Source: Eubacteriales bacterium (lineage in GTDB: Bacteria > Bacillota > Clostridia > Oscillospirales > CAG-272). From it: a stretch of 64,000 nucleotides of DNA. The stretch covers positions 734 to 64,733 of the forward strand of contig JAZOVV010000051.1 of NCBI GenBank assembly GCA_045658925.1, read 5' to 3'. Of the stretch, positions 45,354-54,988 are shown one piece after another; positions within the stretch are counted from its first letter, which is position 1; the number at the start of each line of letters is the position of its first letter. The notes beneath the pieces are model-generated. The model was not told the DNA's origin and searched no databases. It saw only the letters and a program-made list of their open reading frames with translations. A program made the position numbers and the translations under genes.

Positions 45354-46241
45354 TTATTGGAACATTGCTTCAATGTCCTCGCGACCGTAATACTGTTTAG
45401 AGTCGCAAAAACGGCAAACGACCTCGAGTTGGTCGCTCTTGCCTTCGGCAATTTGCTCGTCAAGGAGCTTTATGCAGTCATCCTTGCCAAGCGTTACAAG
45501 CGCTTTTGTGGTACGCTCGCGACTGCAATTACAGCAATAATCCACGTCAAGCTCGTCGAACACGTCAAAGGGAATATCCTTGAGTGCGATAGCGGCAATC
45601 TCTTCCAAGGGAAGTCCCTTGTCAAAGAGTGCGGAAACGTTGGAAAGAGCAGGCAGATTTTTTTCAAGCTGGTCGACCGTTTCGGGATCGGCAAAGGGAA
45701 GCAGTTGAATGAGTACACCGCCTGCCGCACGGCAGGAGAGGTCGGTGTTTACAAGAACACCGAGTGCGCAAACCGTGGGAACCTGCTCGCTTTGTGCGTA
45801 GTAGGCGGCAATGTCCTCTGCAACCTCACCGCTGACAAGCTCGATGGAACCGTGATAGGGCTCGTTTGTGCCGATGTCCTTGATGATGTTGAGATATCCC
45901 GCGCCAACCGCGCCGCCAACGTCAAGCTTGCCATTGGCTTTGAGAGGAATGTCAACTGCGGGGTTTTGAATGTAGCCGCGTACGTTGCCAATGTAATCGG
46001 CAACGGCAAGAACCGTGCCTGCAGGTCCGTCACCCTTGAGACTGACGGTAATGGAGTCGGTTTTTTCGCCAAGCATGCAACCCATCAGCGAGGTAATTGT
46101 GAGCAGTCTTCCCAACGCAGCGGTTGCCACGGGGGAAGTATGATGAATGCGAATGGCCTCGTTTACAATTTCGGTGGAGCGGATGACGTGGATACGTGCA
46201 CTTCCGTCCGAGGTCATAGCGCGCAAAATAGTCGAAGGCAT
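45354..46241 (-). CDS. hslO: redox-regulated chaperone Hsp33
   Basis: 295 aa. C-terminal zinc centre CxC (CCNCS) and CxxC (CRFCDSK). Confidence 0.9.
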   Translation of the reverse strand: MPSTILRAMTSDGSARIHVIRSTEIVNEAIRIHHTSPVATAALGRLLTITSLMGCMLGEKTDSITVSLKGDGPAGTVLAVADYIGNVRGYIQNPAVDIPLKANGKLDVGGAVGAGYLNIIKDIGTNEPYHGSIELVSGEVAEDIAAYYAQSEQVPTVCALGVLVNTDLSCRAAGGVLIQLLPFADPETVDQLEKNLPALSNVSALFDKGLPLEEIAAIALKDIPFDVFDELDVDYCCNCSRERTTKALVTLGKDDCIKLLDEQIAEGKSDQLEVVCRFCDSKQYYGREDIEAMFQ

Positions 46242-46262
46242 AACAGTTTCCTTTAAAAGAGT

Positions 46263-47051
46263 TTATTTTTTGATAGCGCGAGCGGCAAAATACCAACGCT
46301 CGCACGTGAGGGAAGGTTCAGAGAAATCAAATCCGCCCCAAACACCGAGCAATTCAAAGCCCGCATCGGCAAGGAGCTTTTTTACGGTGCCAAGGTCATA
46401 GCATCTTTCTACCTGATGCTCGTCCGAGCGGCGATAGCGACCGTCGGCATCCTCTTCGAATAGGGAAAGGTCAAAATCGCAAAGTCCGCTCTCGGGGTGA
46501 TAGGTGTTTTGCCAACCGCAATAGATGGCAGATTTTTCACCGTCTTCCCAAACAATTTCGTCCTCAAGAACGTAAGCGTTGTTGCCATAGGTATGCTCGA
46601 ACTTGTAGGGCGTGTTCATATCGAAAAGGAAGAGTCCGTCGGGGTCGAGATAGTTGTGTGTGGTTGCAAAACATTGGGAGAGGTCGTCTGGCGTGAGTAG
46701 ATAGTTCAAGCTATCCAAGCAGCAGGTCACTGCGCCCACAGTTCCATAGAGTTCAAAGGCTCGCATATCCTGTTGTAACCACAGGACATTATAGCGACCG
46801 TCGTTTTGAACGAGTGCTTCACCAAGCATATCGGCACTGCCGTCAACGCCTATCATATCGTAGCCGCGCGAGGCGAGCTCGAGCGTCATTCTGCCCGTGC
46901 CGCAAGCCAAATCAAGCACCAATTCGGGACGAGAGGGAAGAAAGCGGTCAAAGCATCCTTCAAAAAAGTTTGCCCAAGCGACGTAATCGATTTCGGCATT
47001 GAGCTTATCGTAAACGCGGGCAATAGCCTCGTAGCCTTCACAACCGTTCAT
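46263..47051 (-). CDS. class I SAM-dependent methyltransferase
   Basis: Motif I VLDLACGTG. The start overlaps the yerC-like stop (translational coupling). Confidence 0.8.
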   Translation of the reverse strand: MNGCEGYEAIARVYDKLNAEIDYVAWANFFEGCFDRFLPSRPELVLDLACGTGRMTLELASRGYDMIGVDGSADMLGEALVQNDGRYNVLWLQQDMRAFELYGTVGAVTCCLDSLNYLLTPDDLSQCFATTHNYLDPDGLFLFDMNTPYKFEHTYGNNAYVLEDEIVWEDGEKSAIYCGWQNTYHPESGLCDFDLSLFEEDADGRYRRSDEHQVERCYDLGTVKKLLADAGFELLGVWGGFDFSEPSLTCERWYFAARAIKK

Positions 47052-47350
47052 CAGTGATGCGCCTTTCTGTTCAGCCTATCCAAAACCTTAATATAGCCCT
47101 CGTTGCCGTATTTGATGCAACGGTTTACGCGGCTGATAGTGGCCGTGGAAAGTCCTGTTTGCGAAGCGATTTCATTATAGATATGGTTGTCCATCAGCAT
47201 TTTTGCTGCCAAAAGACGGCGAGACATTTCCTGCAATTCAGAAGCCGTGCAAAGGTCTTCTAAAAAATGGCGGCATTCTTCGGGTGTTTGCAGAGTCAAG
47301 ATTCCTTGACACAAATATTCCAAAAGCTCGTCGTTGTTGAGGTTTTTCAT
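47051..47350 (-). CDS. YerC/YecD family TrpR-like protein
   Basis: 99 aa. ..DLCTASELQEMSRRLLAAKML..IASQTGLSTATISRV.. is the TrpR-related YerC pattern. AGGAG RBS before the ATG at 47350. Confidence 0.8.
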   Translation of the reverse strand: MKNLNNDELLEYLCQGILTLQTPEECRHFLEDLCTASELQEMSRRLLAAKMLMDNHIYNEIASQTGLSTATISRVNRCIKYGNEGYIKVLDRLNRKAHH

Positions 47351-47446
47351 CGGGAGAATGCTCCTTTCCATAATCTTTCACTATATTCTAACATAAAAAT
47401 ATATAAAAGTAAATATATTCGAAGAATTTTTCTCTGTAAAAATCGA

Positions 47447-49306
47447 TTATTTATGGCGACGAATCCACACCAGCATATCACTCTCACCGCGGTTTGCGAA
47501 CGCAAAGTAGGGAATACACTTGATGTGTATTTCCTCGGGAACACTTTCGGATGCATCAAAATAGAGGGCGGTGTTTTTCCCAAGACGAAACGCGGGGAGC
47601 GTGACCGAATACAAGCCGTGAAAATCCAACTCTTCGATTGCCTTGTCAAGGGCATCGGGAGAGATCTCGATGCGATTGAGACGCTCGCCGTTATCCACAC
47701 CCTCAAGGCAATAGACAACAGGACCGCGTGTGAGTGCCATTCTGCCAACGTTGTCACGCACCATAGCGTTTGCGCTGACAAAAGAGAGAGAAATACCAAA
47801 ATTCAAATCGATGGAAAATTCTGTTCCTACCGCAAAATAAGCGTAGCCGTCACGTGTTTGGGGTGTAATAGATTTTCCGTCAAGAGTTGCCGTAAGTTTT
47901 TTGCACCATTCGGGAACGCGCAAAGAAATTGTTTTGGCAGTGTAGCCGTGACCAACAATCGTTGCTTTGCCTTCGCGTGCGTAGTCTTCGGTGATGGTGA
48001 GCGTTCCGTGAGGCGTATTTAACTCTGCCGAAATATATTGCTCAACACAAAGAGAATCACCCTCATCTATGCAAATATAGTCCCCAAGGTGGGCAAAAAA
48101 GCGGTTAATGTTGGGGGGGCAGCAAGAGCAACCGAACACCTCGAGACGTTGGGTGATAGGCAGACGCGTATGTTGGCTTTTGGGAACGGCGACCTCGCGT
48201 CCGTACTCTTCCAACGCAATCTCCAAAGGGTTTTCGTAAAAGAAGGATTTGCCGTCAAGAGATGTTGACGAAAGCATTGCGTTATAGAGCACACGCTCTG
48301 AGAGATGTCCGTATTTTGCTTGTTTGGAAAGTTTGCGCATTCGAGAGGCGAACATCATCATTGCAACAGCACAGCAGCTCTCGGTGTAAGCCGTGCGGTT
48401 GGGTAGGTCATAGGGAACGGTAAAGCTTTCGGTAGTCGGTGTCGAACCTACACCGCCCGTGATATACATTTTGCCGTTTGTAATGTCCGAGAACACTTTT
48501 TCCAAATTTTCAAATAAAAGTGCATCGTCGGTTTCTGCGGCAAGGTCAGCCACTCCGCTGTAAAGATAAAGAGCACGTACGCAGTGACCGTTGGCATTTT
48601 CCAAGTGGCGAATGTCCACGTCATCCTGCGAACCGAAGAGATTATCCTCGTAAATGGGTTTGTCTTTTTGATTATTTCCGCGCATCTCTAAAAAGAAGCG
48701 CGCCATATTCAAGTATTTTTCTTTTTTTGTGTGGCGATAGAGTTTGATGAGCGCAAGTTCAATTTCCTCGTGACCGGGCGTTACAAAGCCTGCGGAATCC
48801 TCAATAAGGAATACACGTTCAATGAGGTCGCAGTAGCGCTCCATTATTTTGAGAAATTTATCTCTGCCCGTTGCCTTGTGGTAGGCGATGGCAGCCTCAA
48901 TCAGATGCCCCGCGCAATAAAGCTCGTGGCGGTCGCGGTTAGAAAAGATGAGGTGCGAATCGATTTGCTGATGCTCGGAGTTGAGGTATCCGTCCTCGCG
49001 TTGTGCACGCTCCATACAATCGATGAGCTCCTCGCAAAGAGCTTCGTGTTCGCGCATAGCTTCGGGGTCTTGCTCCAAGAGGTATGCAACTGCTTCCATC
49101 CATTTGGCAACGTCCGAATCATAAAAGAAGTGCGGCTTTTTGCCCGTTTGGGCATAATTGAAGCGCAAAGCATCAAAACGTCCGCTTTCTTCAAATCTTT
49201 TGCGCACGTTTGAAAGGGAAACGTTTTTGTTCAAATCACTTCGTTTCTTCCAAAATCCATCTGTCAGAGTGGCGGATTCAAAAGGAATAAAATCAACCGT
49301 TTTCAT
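47447..49306 (-). CDS. GH127 family (beta-L-arabinofuranosidase-like, DUF1680) glycoside hydrolase
   Basis: 619 aa. The N-terminus ..LTDGFWKKR...N....L.. and the C-terminal Cys cluster (FGCSCCPPN) are typical of GH127. Confidence 0.8.
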   Translation of the reverse strand: MKTVDFIPFESATLTDGFWKKRSDLNKNVSLSNVRKRFEESGRFDALRFNYAQTGKKPHFFYDSDVAKWMEAVAYLLEQDPEAMREHEALCEELIDCMERAQREDGYLNSEHQQIDSHLIFSNRDRHELYCAGHLIEAAIAYHKATGRDKFLKIMERYCDLIERVFLIEDSAGFVTPGHEEIELALIKLYRHTKKEKYLNMARFFLEMRGNNQKDKPIYEDNLFGSQDDVDIRHLENANGHCVRALYLYSGVADLAAETDDALLFENLEKVFSDITNGKMYITGGVGSTPTTESFTVPYDLPNRTAYTESCCAVAMMMFASRMRKLSKQAKYGHLSERVLYNAMLSSTSLDGKSFFYENPLEIALEEYGREVAVPKSQHTRLPITQRLEVFGCSCCPPNINRFFAHLGDYICIDEGDSLCVEQYISAELNTPHGTLTITEDYAREGKATIVGHGYTAKTISLRVPEWCKKLTATLDGKSITPQTRDGYAYFAVGTEFSIDLNFGISLSFVSANAMVRDNVGRMALTRGPVVYCLEGVDNGERLNRIEISPDALDKAIEELDFHGLYSVTLPAFRLGKNTALYFDASESVPEEIHIKCIPYFAFANRGESDMLVWIRRHK

Positions 49307-49309
49307 AGT

Positions 49310-50026
49310 TTACTCCTTTTGGGAAAGTGTGCGAATAATCTCGCCTGCCAAAATCAGCCCTGCAACGGGCGGAACGTAAGGGAGCGATGCAGGTGGGATG
49401 CGTGCGCCGTCCTCTTCGGGAATAAAGAGCGGCTTTTGGGCTTCTTCGGTAGAATAAACCACCTTTAAATGCGTAATGCCGCGTGCCTTGAGCTCGCGAC
49501 GCATCACACGCGCCAAGGGGCAGCCACTTGTTTTGGAGAGGTCGGTGACCACAAAGCGTGAAGCATCCAGCTTGTTTCCCGTACCCATTGCGCTGATGAG
49601 GGGAACACCTGCTGCCGTGCATCGTACGGCAAGCTCTATTTTTGCCGATACCGTATCAATGGCATCCGCTACGTAATCAAAGTCACAAAGAGGGAAGTCG
49701 TCGGCATTTTCGGGCAGGTAAAAGACTTGATGTGTAACCACTTTGCAGTCGGGGTTGATGTCAAGAATACGCTCCTTCATCACCTCGACCTTGGGGCGTC
49801 CTACCGTGGAGTGCAGAGCCACGATTTGGCGGTTGATGTTCGAGAGAGACACAACGTCATTGTCGAACAAATGCAACTCTCCTACACCGGCACGTGCCAA
49901 TGCTTCGCAAATATAGCCGCCAACGCCGCCAACACCAAAAACGGCCACCTTCGCCGCCGTTAGTTTATCAATTCCGCCCTCGCCCAAAAGCATAGCAGAG
50001 CGGATGTGTTCTTCTTTTACCTTCAT
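49310..50026 (-). CDS. tcdA: tRNA threonylcarbamoyladenosine dehydratase (ThiF/E1-like)
   Basis: 238 aa. Nucleotide-binding loop VAVFGVGGVGGY. ThiF-family pattern. Confidence 0.85.
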   Translation of the reverse strand: MKVKEEHIRSAMLLGEGGIDKLTAAKVAVFGVGGVGGYICEALARAGVGELHLFDNDVVSLSNINRQIVALHSTVGRPKVEVMKERILDINPDCKVVTHQVFYLPENADDFPLCDFDYVADAIDTVSAKIELAVRCTAAGVPLISAMGTGNKLDASRFVVTDLSKTSGCPLARVMRRELKARGITHLKVVYSTEEAQKPLFIPEEDGARIPPASLPYVPPVAGLILAGEIIRTLSQKE

Positions 50027-50055
50027 AGCCTTGCCTCCATAAAAGTTCTGTGCTC

Positions 50056-50084
50056 ATTATAGCAGAAATTTATCTTTTTTGCAA
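50056..50084 (-). promoter_or_regulatory. sigma-A type promoter of tcdA
   Basis: Minus strand: TTGCAA (50079-50084), 17-nt spacer, TATAAT (50056-50061). Confidence 0.5.
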
Positions 50085-50091
50085 GTGCTTA

Positions 50092-50120
50092 TTTACAAAT
50101 TAGAAAAAATATAGTATAAT
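50092..50120 (+). promoter_or_regulatory. sigma-A type promoter
   Basis: TTTACA (50092-50097), 17-nt spacer, TATAAT (50115-50120). Confidence 0.55.
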
Positions 50121-50153
50121 ATAAAGGACTTAAAACAAGGAGACAGGAAAACA

Positions 50154-50717
50154 ATGCGTGACGAACACTTAATCGAGACCTGCGCTGCCTCAAAATTGGT
50201 TTTTGACGGCAAAATTTTGCACGTTTACGTTGATGATATCAAATTGCCAAACGGGGAGATGGGTTTTCGTGAATATATCAAACACATAGGCGCGGTAGCG
50301 GTTCTGCCGCTGACCGATGACGGTAAGGTGATTTGCGTGCGCCAATACCGCTATGCGGTGGGGCAAGTGACGCTTGAAATCCCCGCGGGCAAGCTCGACA
50401 GTGCCGACGAAGACCCTCGTGAGGCAACCTTGCGCGAGTTGCGTGAGGAAACGGGCGCGCGTTGCGAATCCTTGACCTATCTTGGTACCTATCTTGCATC
50501 CCCCGCGATTTTGGATGAGAAAATCAACCTTTATTTGGCGCGCGGCTTGGATTTTGGCGAGACCGACCCCGACGACGATGAATTTATCGACGTGATACAA
50601 ATTCCGCTTGAAGAAATGGTCGAGCGCGTTATGCGCGGCGAAATTTTGGATGGCAAAACACAACTCGCAGTTCTTAAGGTGAACGAGCTCTTGCACCGCG
50701 AGAAGAACGAGAAATAA
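50154..50717 (+). CDS. NUDIX hydrolase (ADP-ribose pyrophosphatase-like)
   Basis: Nudix box GKLDSADEDPREATLRELREETG. Confidence 0.85.
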   Translation: MRDEHLIETCAASKLVFDGKILHVYVDDIKLPNGEMGFREYIKHIGAVAVLPLTDDGKVICVRQYRYAVGQVTLEIPAGKLDSADEDPREATLRELREETGARCESLTYLGTYLASPAILDEKINLYLARGLDFGETDPDDDEFIDVIQIPLEEMVERVMRGEILDGKTQLAVLKVNELLHREKNEK

Positions 50718-50727
50718 GGAGACCGAA

Positions 50728-51255
50728 ATGACAAAACGAAACGTAATGATTGATATTCTCACCTCGCGCATCGAGATGAATCTCTCTCTCTTTGCCGAAG
50801 AGCCCGAAAACGAAGAAGCAGAAGAGGTATCACAATCCTTTGAGGAAATGCTCAAAAACGTGACGGGAGAGATGCCCGAGCCGACAGAGATGCTGATGGA
50901 AGGCAAGCTTTTGACAAGCACACACCGCGTAGAATTAGTTTACGCGGAAAGTGAATTGACAGGTATGCAAGGCTCGCTGACGGCTATTGGCTTCGATAGA
51001 GCCAACCCCGACCTCGTTTCGATGATTCGCACAGGCCCCGTCCGCACGGCAATGACCTTTGAAGAAGGCAAACGACACATCTGCCTTTATAACACGCCAT
51101 TCTCCGAGTTTGAGGTCTGCGTGCGCACCATCAAGGTTAACAACCGTCTTTTGGAAGAGAACCTCTTGGAGCTCGACTACCTTATCGAAATCCACGGCGC
51201 ACAAGCGGAGCATTGTAAAATGACCGTTACCGTCCGCCCGAGTGCGGAGATTTGA
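50728..51255 (+). CDS. DUF1934 (YwiB-like) beta-barrel protein
   Basis: 175 aa. The alternating beta-strand pattern (..VELVYAESE..MIRTGPVRTAMTFEEGK..LELDYLIE..) fits DUF1934. The family call is from memory. Confidence 0.6.
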   Translation: MTKRNVMIDILTSRIEMNLSLFAEEPENEEAEEVSQSFEEMLKNVTGEMPEPTEMLMEGKLLTSTHRVELVYAESELTGMQGSLTAIGFDRANPDLVSMIRTGPVRTAMTFEEGKRHICLYNTPFSEFEVCVRTIKVNNRLLEENLLELDYLIEIHGAQAEHCKMTVTVRPSAEI

Positions 51256-51326
51256 TTTTTTCAAAAATCAATTTTACCTCCCGTTAAGAACAATTTATCT
51301 GTCGTTATAAAGACGCATTTCTTGTC

Positions 51327-51355
51327 TTGACGTCGGCCAATTTGAGTGATAAAAT
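51327..51355 (+). promoter_or_regulatory. sigma-A type promoter
   Basis: TTGACG (51327-51332), 17-nt spacer, TAAAAT (51350-51355). Confidence 0.4.
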
Positions 51356-51396
51356 CAAATTGTAAAATTTGAATTAAAAAAGGAGAAACACAGCCG

Positions 51397-52200
51397 ATGA
51401 AAAAAATCCTTGCCGCCCTTTTGTGTATTCTTTTGCTTTGTAATTTCATTTCCTGCAATGCGCCCGCTCCCGAGGAAAAAACGCCATCTACAACCGAGCC
51501 GACATCCGAGAAAAGTAGTACGCCCACGCAGAAGTATTCCTTTATTTCGCAAGAACAAAAGGCCGCTTGGAAAACTGACTTGCTTAGCACACTCGCAAAC
51601 ATTGGTATTAAGGACAGTGAGCATTATATTCCCGGTAGCTATGCCATAGGGTTGATGGATATCAACTTCGATAATATTCCCGAGGTGTTGGCTGCAAGTG
51701 CCGGCGGCTCTATGGGAAATGTTTGCATTGATATATATGACCTATCTACCGGCAAAAAAATATGTGATTATAATGCGCCACATTGGCAAGATGGAGATAA
51801 CATTTACCTTTGCGTCGCCTATAAAGATGGTGAAAACGTTATTTTGAGCGAGGGATCCTTTCGCGTTCCCGATCTTGGTTGGGTAAAGCTTTTCGGCACT
51901 TTGTCGCGCCAGATGAACTTTGATCAATATCTTGAAGGAGAAATACTGTTTGCAGAGTCAGTAGCGAAGGAGATCGGTCACTATGAGTGCAATGGGCAGA
52001 CGGTTACCAAAGAGGAATATGATGCTCGATTTGAACAGTTTTTGGAAGATTACCAACCGATAAACGAAACCCAAATCCAACTCATCAAATGGGAAGAATT
52101 TGATGCAGAGAATAGGGAAGAACTAAACAAAAAAATGGCAGATGCCCTCATCGGTAGCGCGCAACAGTTTGTTTATACTTGCACGGCAAACGAAAAGTAA
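51397..52200 (+). CDS. hypothetical lipoprotein
   Basis: Lipobox NFISC. AAGGAGAA RBS. Contains a DINFDNIPEVLAA (FG-GAP-like) segment. Confidence 0.65.
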   Translation: MKKILAALLCILLLCNFISCNAPAPEEKTPSTTEPTSEKSSTPTQKYSFISQEQKAAWKTDLLSTLANIGIKDSEHYIPGSYAIGLMDINFDNIPEVLAASAGGSMGNVCIDIYDLSTGKKICDYNAPHWQDGDNIYLCVAYKDGENVILSEGSFRVPDLGWVKLFGTLSRQMNFDQYLEGEILFAESVAKEIGHYECNGQTVTKEEYDARFEQFLEDYQPINETQIQLIKWEEFDAENREELNKKMADALIGSAQQFVYTCTANEK

Positions 52201-52214
52201 AATTGATAAAACAC

Positions 52215-52240
52215 AAAAGGCACCCTATGGGTGCCTTTTG
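52215..52240. terminator. bidirectional terminator
   Basis: AAAA, then GGCACCC pairing with GGGTGCC, then TTTTG. Confidence 0.7.
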
Positions 52241-52248
52241 TGTTGCTT

Positions 52249-53706
52249 CTATGATGCTTTATCTGTACTTTTTTTCTTTCCACTATCCTTTTTCACCCTC
52301 ACAAACAGTGAGAGCAACGCGCGCCCATTGAAGGGGATGAGCGGATAGAGATAGGAGCGTTTTCCGTTCACCGTCTTATTGGTGACAAGTAAAAGAATGA
52401 TAATCACCGTTCCAATGCCAAAGCCTATAACATCGAGGATTTCTACAAGGACGATGAGCAAAATGCGCATAAATTTGAACGCATAGCCAAGCTCGTAGCT
52501 CCGTTGCGTAAAGTTGGCAATCGAAACAAAAGCCATATACAAAATGACCTCGGGGATGAGCCATCCAATGCTTACGGCAAAGTCACCAAGGATGAGACCG
52601 CCCACAATGGCAAGAGAGTTGGAAAGCATACTCGGGGTGTTCATCGAGGCGAGTCGCAAGCCATCAATCATAAATTCCATCAGCATCAACTGCGCAAAAA
52701 TGGGGATGCGCCCTGTCTCTTCGGGAACGATAAATCCCAACCAATTTGGAATCCACTCGGGATTGCGAATGAGCAAAAACCAAACGGGAACGAGGAAAAG
52801 CGTTGACCAAAACACCAAGTGCCGCACGAGACGAATATAAGTTCCCGTCAAGGGCGGGAAGTAAAAATCATTCGTCTCTTGCATAAAGTCAAAAATGGTG
52901 CTTGGCAGAACCATCACCTCGGGCGAGTTGTCGCAAATGATGAGCACGCTACCCTCGAGTAGCTGTGCTGCCGCCGCGTCGGGACGCTCGGTATAACGGA
53001 TTTTGGGGAATGGATTGTACCATCGTTGCCGAATTAAGAGTTCCGCCAAGGATTCGTGTCCCATCGTTAGGGCATCTGTTTTGATGGAATCGAGTTTATC
53101 TGTGAGATTTTGCACGTATTTGTCATCTGCAATCCCCTTGATATAGCAAACCACCACGTCGGTTCGCGAACGTTCTCCCACACTCGTGTAATGCATCGTC
53201 AAATTGGGGTCGCGAATGCGTCTGCGCACCATTGCGGTGTTAAAAACGAGCGTTTCCACAAATCCGTCGCGCGAGCCCATCATCACGCGGTCAGTCTCTG
53301 GCTCGGCAACCGACCGTGCAGGATAGGTGCGCGAGTCAATGACGATAGCAAACCGCCCAAAGGTCTCCCCAAGCATCAAGGTCGTACCCGAGAGCAGCAT
53401 TTGCAGCATCTTGTCGCCCTCTTCCATTACCTCTGCCTCGACAAAGGGCATATGATGCTCTACAAAATAGCGAGCCGCGGCATCCTCACCCTCATCGGTG
53501 GGATTGCCCAAACTCTTAAGTGATAGAAAATAAAACATCAGTCTGTTCATCGAGCCGCCGTCAACAAAGCCGTCAATATAATAAAGCGTTGTTTCCGAGT
53601 CACCAACAAAGAGCGTTTTCTTAATAATATCAAAATTCTCGCGCACGCGCAAAATTTCATCCACGCGCCGCACGTTTTCGCGATAATCGCCGCACAATTC
53701 AAGCAT
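52249..53706 (-). CDS. spore germination protein, GerA (GerAA/KA) family
   Basis: 485 aa. The soluble N-terminal domain plus a C-terminal 5-TM region and the pattern ..YYIDGFVDG.. are typical of germinant-receptor A subunits. Confidence 0.85.
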   Translation of the reverse strand: MLELCGDYRENVRRVDEILRVRENFDIIKKTLFVGDSETTLYYIDGFVDGGSMNRLMFYFLSLKSLGNPTDEGEDAAARYFVEHHMPFVEAEVMEEGDKMLQMLLSGTTLMLGETFGRFAIVIDSRTYPARSVAEPETDRVMMGSRDGFVETLVFNTAMVRRRIRDPNLTMHYTSVGERSRTDVVVCYIKGIADDKYVQNLTDKLDSIKTDALTMGHESLAELLIRQRWYNPFPKIRYTERPDAAAAQLLEGSVLIICDNSPEVMVLPSTIFDFMQETNDFYFPPLTGTYIRLVRHLVFWSTLFLVPVWFLLIRNPEWIPNWLGFIVPEETGRIPIFAQLMLMEFMIDGLRLASMNTPSMLSNSLAIVGGLILGDFAVSIGWLIPEVILYMAFVSIANFTQRSYELGYAFKFMRILLIVLVEILDVIGFGIGTVIIILLLVTNKTVNGKRSYLYPLIPFNGRALLSLFVRVKKDSGKKKSTDKAS

Positions 53707-53833
53707 AAAATTTTCTCCCCGACCTCTTTTTCTTTATTATGCCGCAAAATGGCAGAGCTATTCATATTCGCGCGCGCCACTGCATAGGATGGAGTAAATC
53801 GGATCGCAAAAAAGGAAAGGAGAACTTGAAAAA

Positions 53834-54811
53834 ATGATGACCGATATCTTTCACCCCGAGGGAGCACTGTTTGAGAGCGCGCAAAACAGAGAATACTTAT
53901 CGTCCTTGGCAGGGCTTGAACGCGCGATGAGCCGAGATGCCATTGTAGAGGGAATTGCAACGCTTTGCGACGAAGAAATGCGCCTGCACGTGGATTTGCG
54001 CTGTGCGCGCGGCATTATTGAGGCCGACGACACCGTTGCCTGCCGCGCAGGGGAGACCAAAAAGGACATTGCCGTTATCACACGTGTCGGCAAGCCCGTT
54101 GCGTGTAAAATTCTCTCCATCGAGTGTCGCGACGGTGAACCCGTGGTAAAACTTTCGCGCAGAGCGGCACAAGAGGCTTGTATGCGGCACTATATGAAAA
54201 ACTTGCACGCAGGTGACATCCTCACGGCGCGCGTTACACATCTTGAACCCTTTGGCGCATTCCTTGACGTTGGATGCGGTGTGCCGTCTCTTTTGTCAGT
54301 TGATTGCATTTCGGTTTCTCGCATCTCGCATCCGCGCGACAGACTTGCTTGCGGAATGACCATTCCCGTAGCAGTCAAATGCGTCAATCGCGAGAGCGAG
54401 CGTATATACGTCACGCTCCGTGAGCTTCTTGGAACGTGGGAAGAAAATGCCGCCGCCTTTGATGTGGGGCAGACTGTTACAGGCATTGTGCGTAGCATCG
54501 AAAGCTATGGCGTATTCGTTGAACTCGCCCCCAACCTCGCAGGTCTTGCCGAGGTAAGTGAAGAAGACTCTGCTATTTTGCGCTCCAAAATAGGGCAAAG
54601 CGTTGCCGTATACATCAAAAGCATCCTGCCCGAGCGAATGAAGGTCAAGCTCGTGCTCATTGATGCTTGCTGTTCCGCACCCGCATCGCGCACGCCTTTG
54701 AGATTTTTTATCGACACCGACCAAACGCAACACCTAACACGTTGGAGATATTCACCCATCCGCGCACCGCGCGTGATTGAAACTGTTTTTGATACTAACG
54801 CATCATTTTAA
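53834..54811 (+). CDS. S1 RNA-binding domain protein (two S1 domains)
   Basis: GDILTARVTHLEPFGAFLDVG.. and GQTVTGIVRSIESYGVFVELAP.. are S1/OB motifs. Confidence 0.75.
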   Translation: MMTDIFHPEGALFESAQNREYLSSLAGLERAMSRDAIVEGIATLCDEEMRLHVDLRCARGIIEADDTVACRAGETKKDIAVITRVGKPVACKILSIECRDGEPVVKLSRRAAQEACMRHYMKNLHAGDILTARVTHLEPFGAFLDVGCGVPSLLSVDCISVSRISHPRDRLACGMTIPVAVKCVNRESERIYVTLRELLGTWEENAAAFDVGQTVTGIVRSIESYGVFVELAPNLAGLAEVSEEDSAILRSKIGQSVAVYIKSILPERMKVKLVLIDACCSAPASRTPLRFFIDTDQTQHLTRWRYSPIRAPRVIETVFDTNASF

Positions 54812-54821
54812 GACGAACAAC

Positions 54822-54848
54822 AAAAAAGCCTTCCCCTTGAGGGGAAGG
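54822..54848 (-). terminator. intrinsic terminator (minus strand), about 140 nt downstream of the HIT gene
   Basis: Minus strand: CCTTCCCC TCAA GGGGAAGG followed by CTTTTTTG. Confidence 0.65.
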
Positions 54849-54956
54849 TGGCGAGTATACGAGCCGGATGAGGTGTAGCCATCGCAGATGGCGTCAAGAC
54901 ACGAATCGTTCTAACGGACGCGTTGCGTCCTACACCTCATCACCCGCGTTGCGGGA
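54849..54956. other. GC-rich nested-hairpin element between the two opposed terminators
   Basis: 12-bp stem 54867-54878/54930-54941 enclosing CCATC-GCA-GATGG and GGACGC-GTT-GCGTCC. CCCGC-GTT-GCGGG follows at 54943-54955. Confidence 0.55.
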
Positions 54957-54988
54957 GCCTCTCCTCGAGGAGAAGCCTTTTTGTTTTT
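54957..54988 (+). terminator. intrinsic terminator (plus strand), about 150 nt downstream of the S1 gene
   Basis: GCCTCTCCTC pairs with GAGGAGAAGC, followed by CTTTTTGTTTTT. The T-run overlaps the HIT stop codon. Confidence 0.7.
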
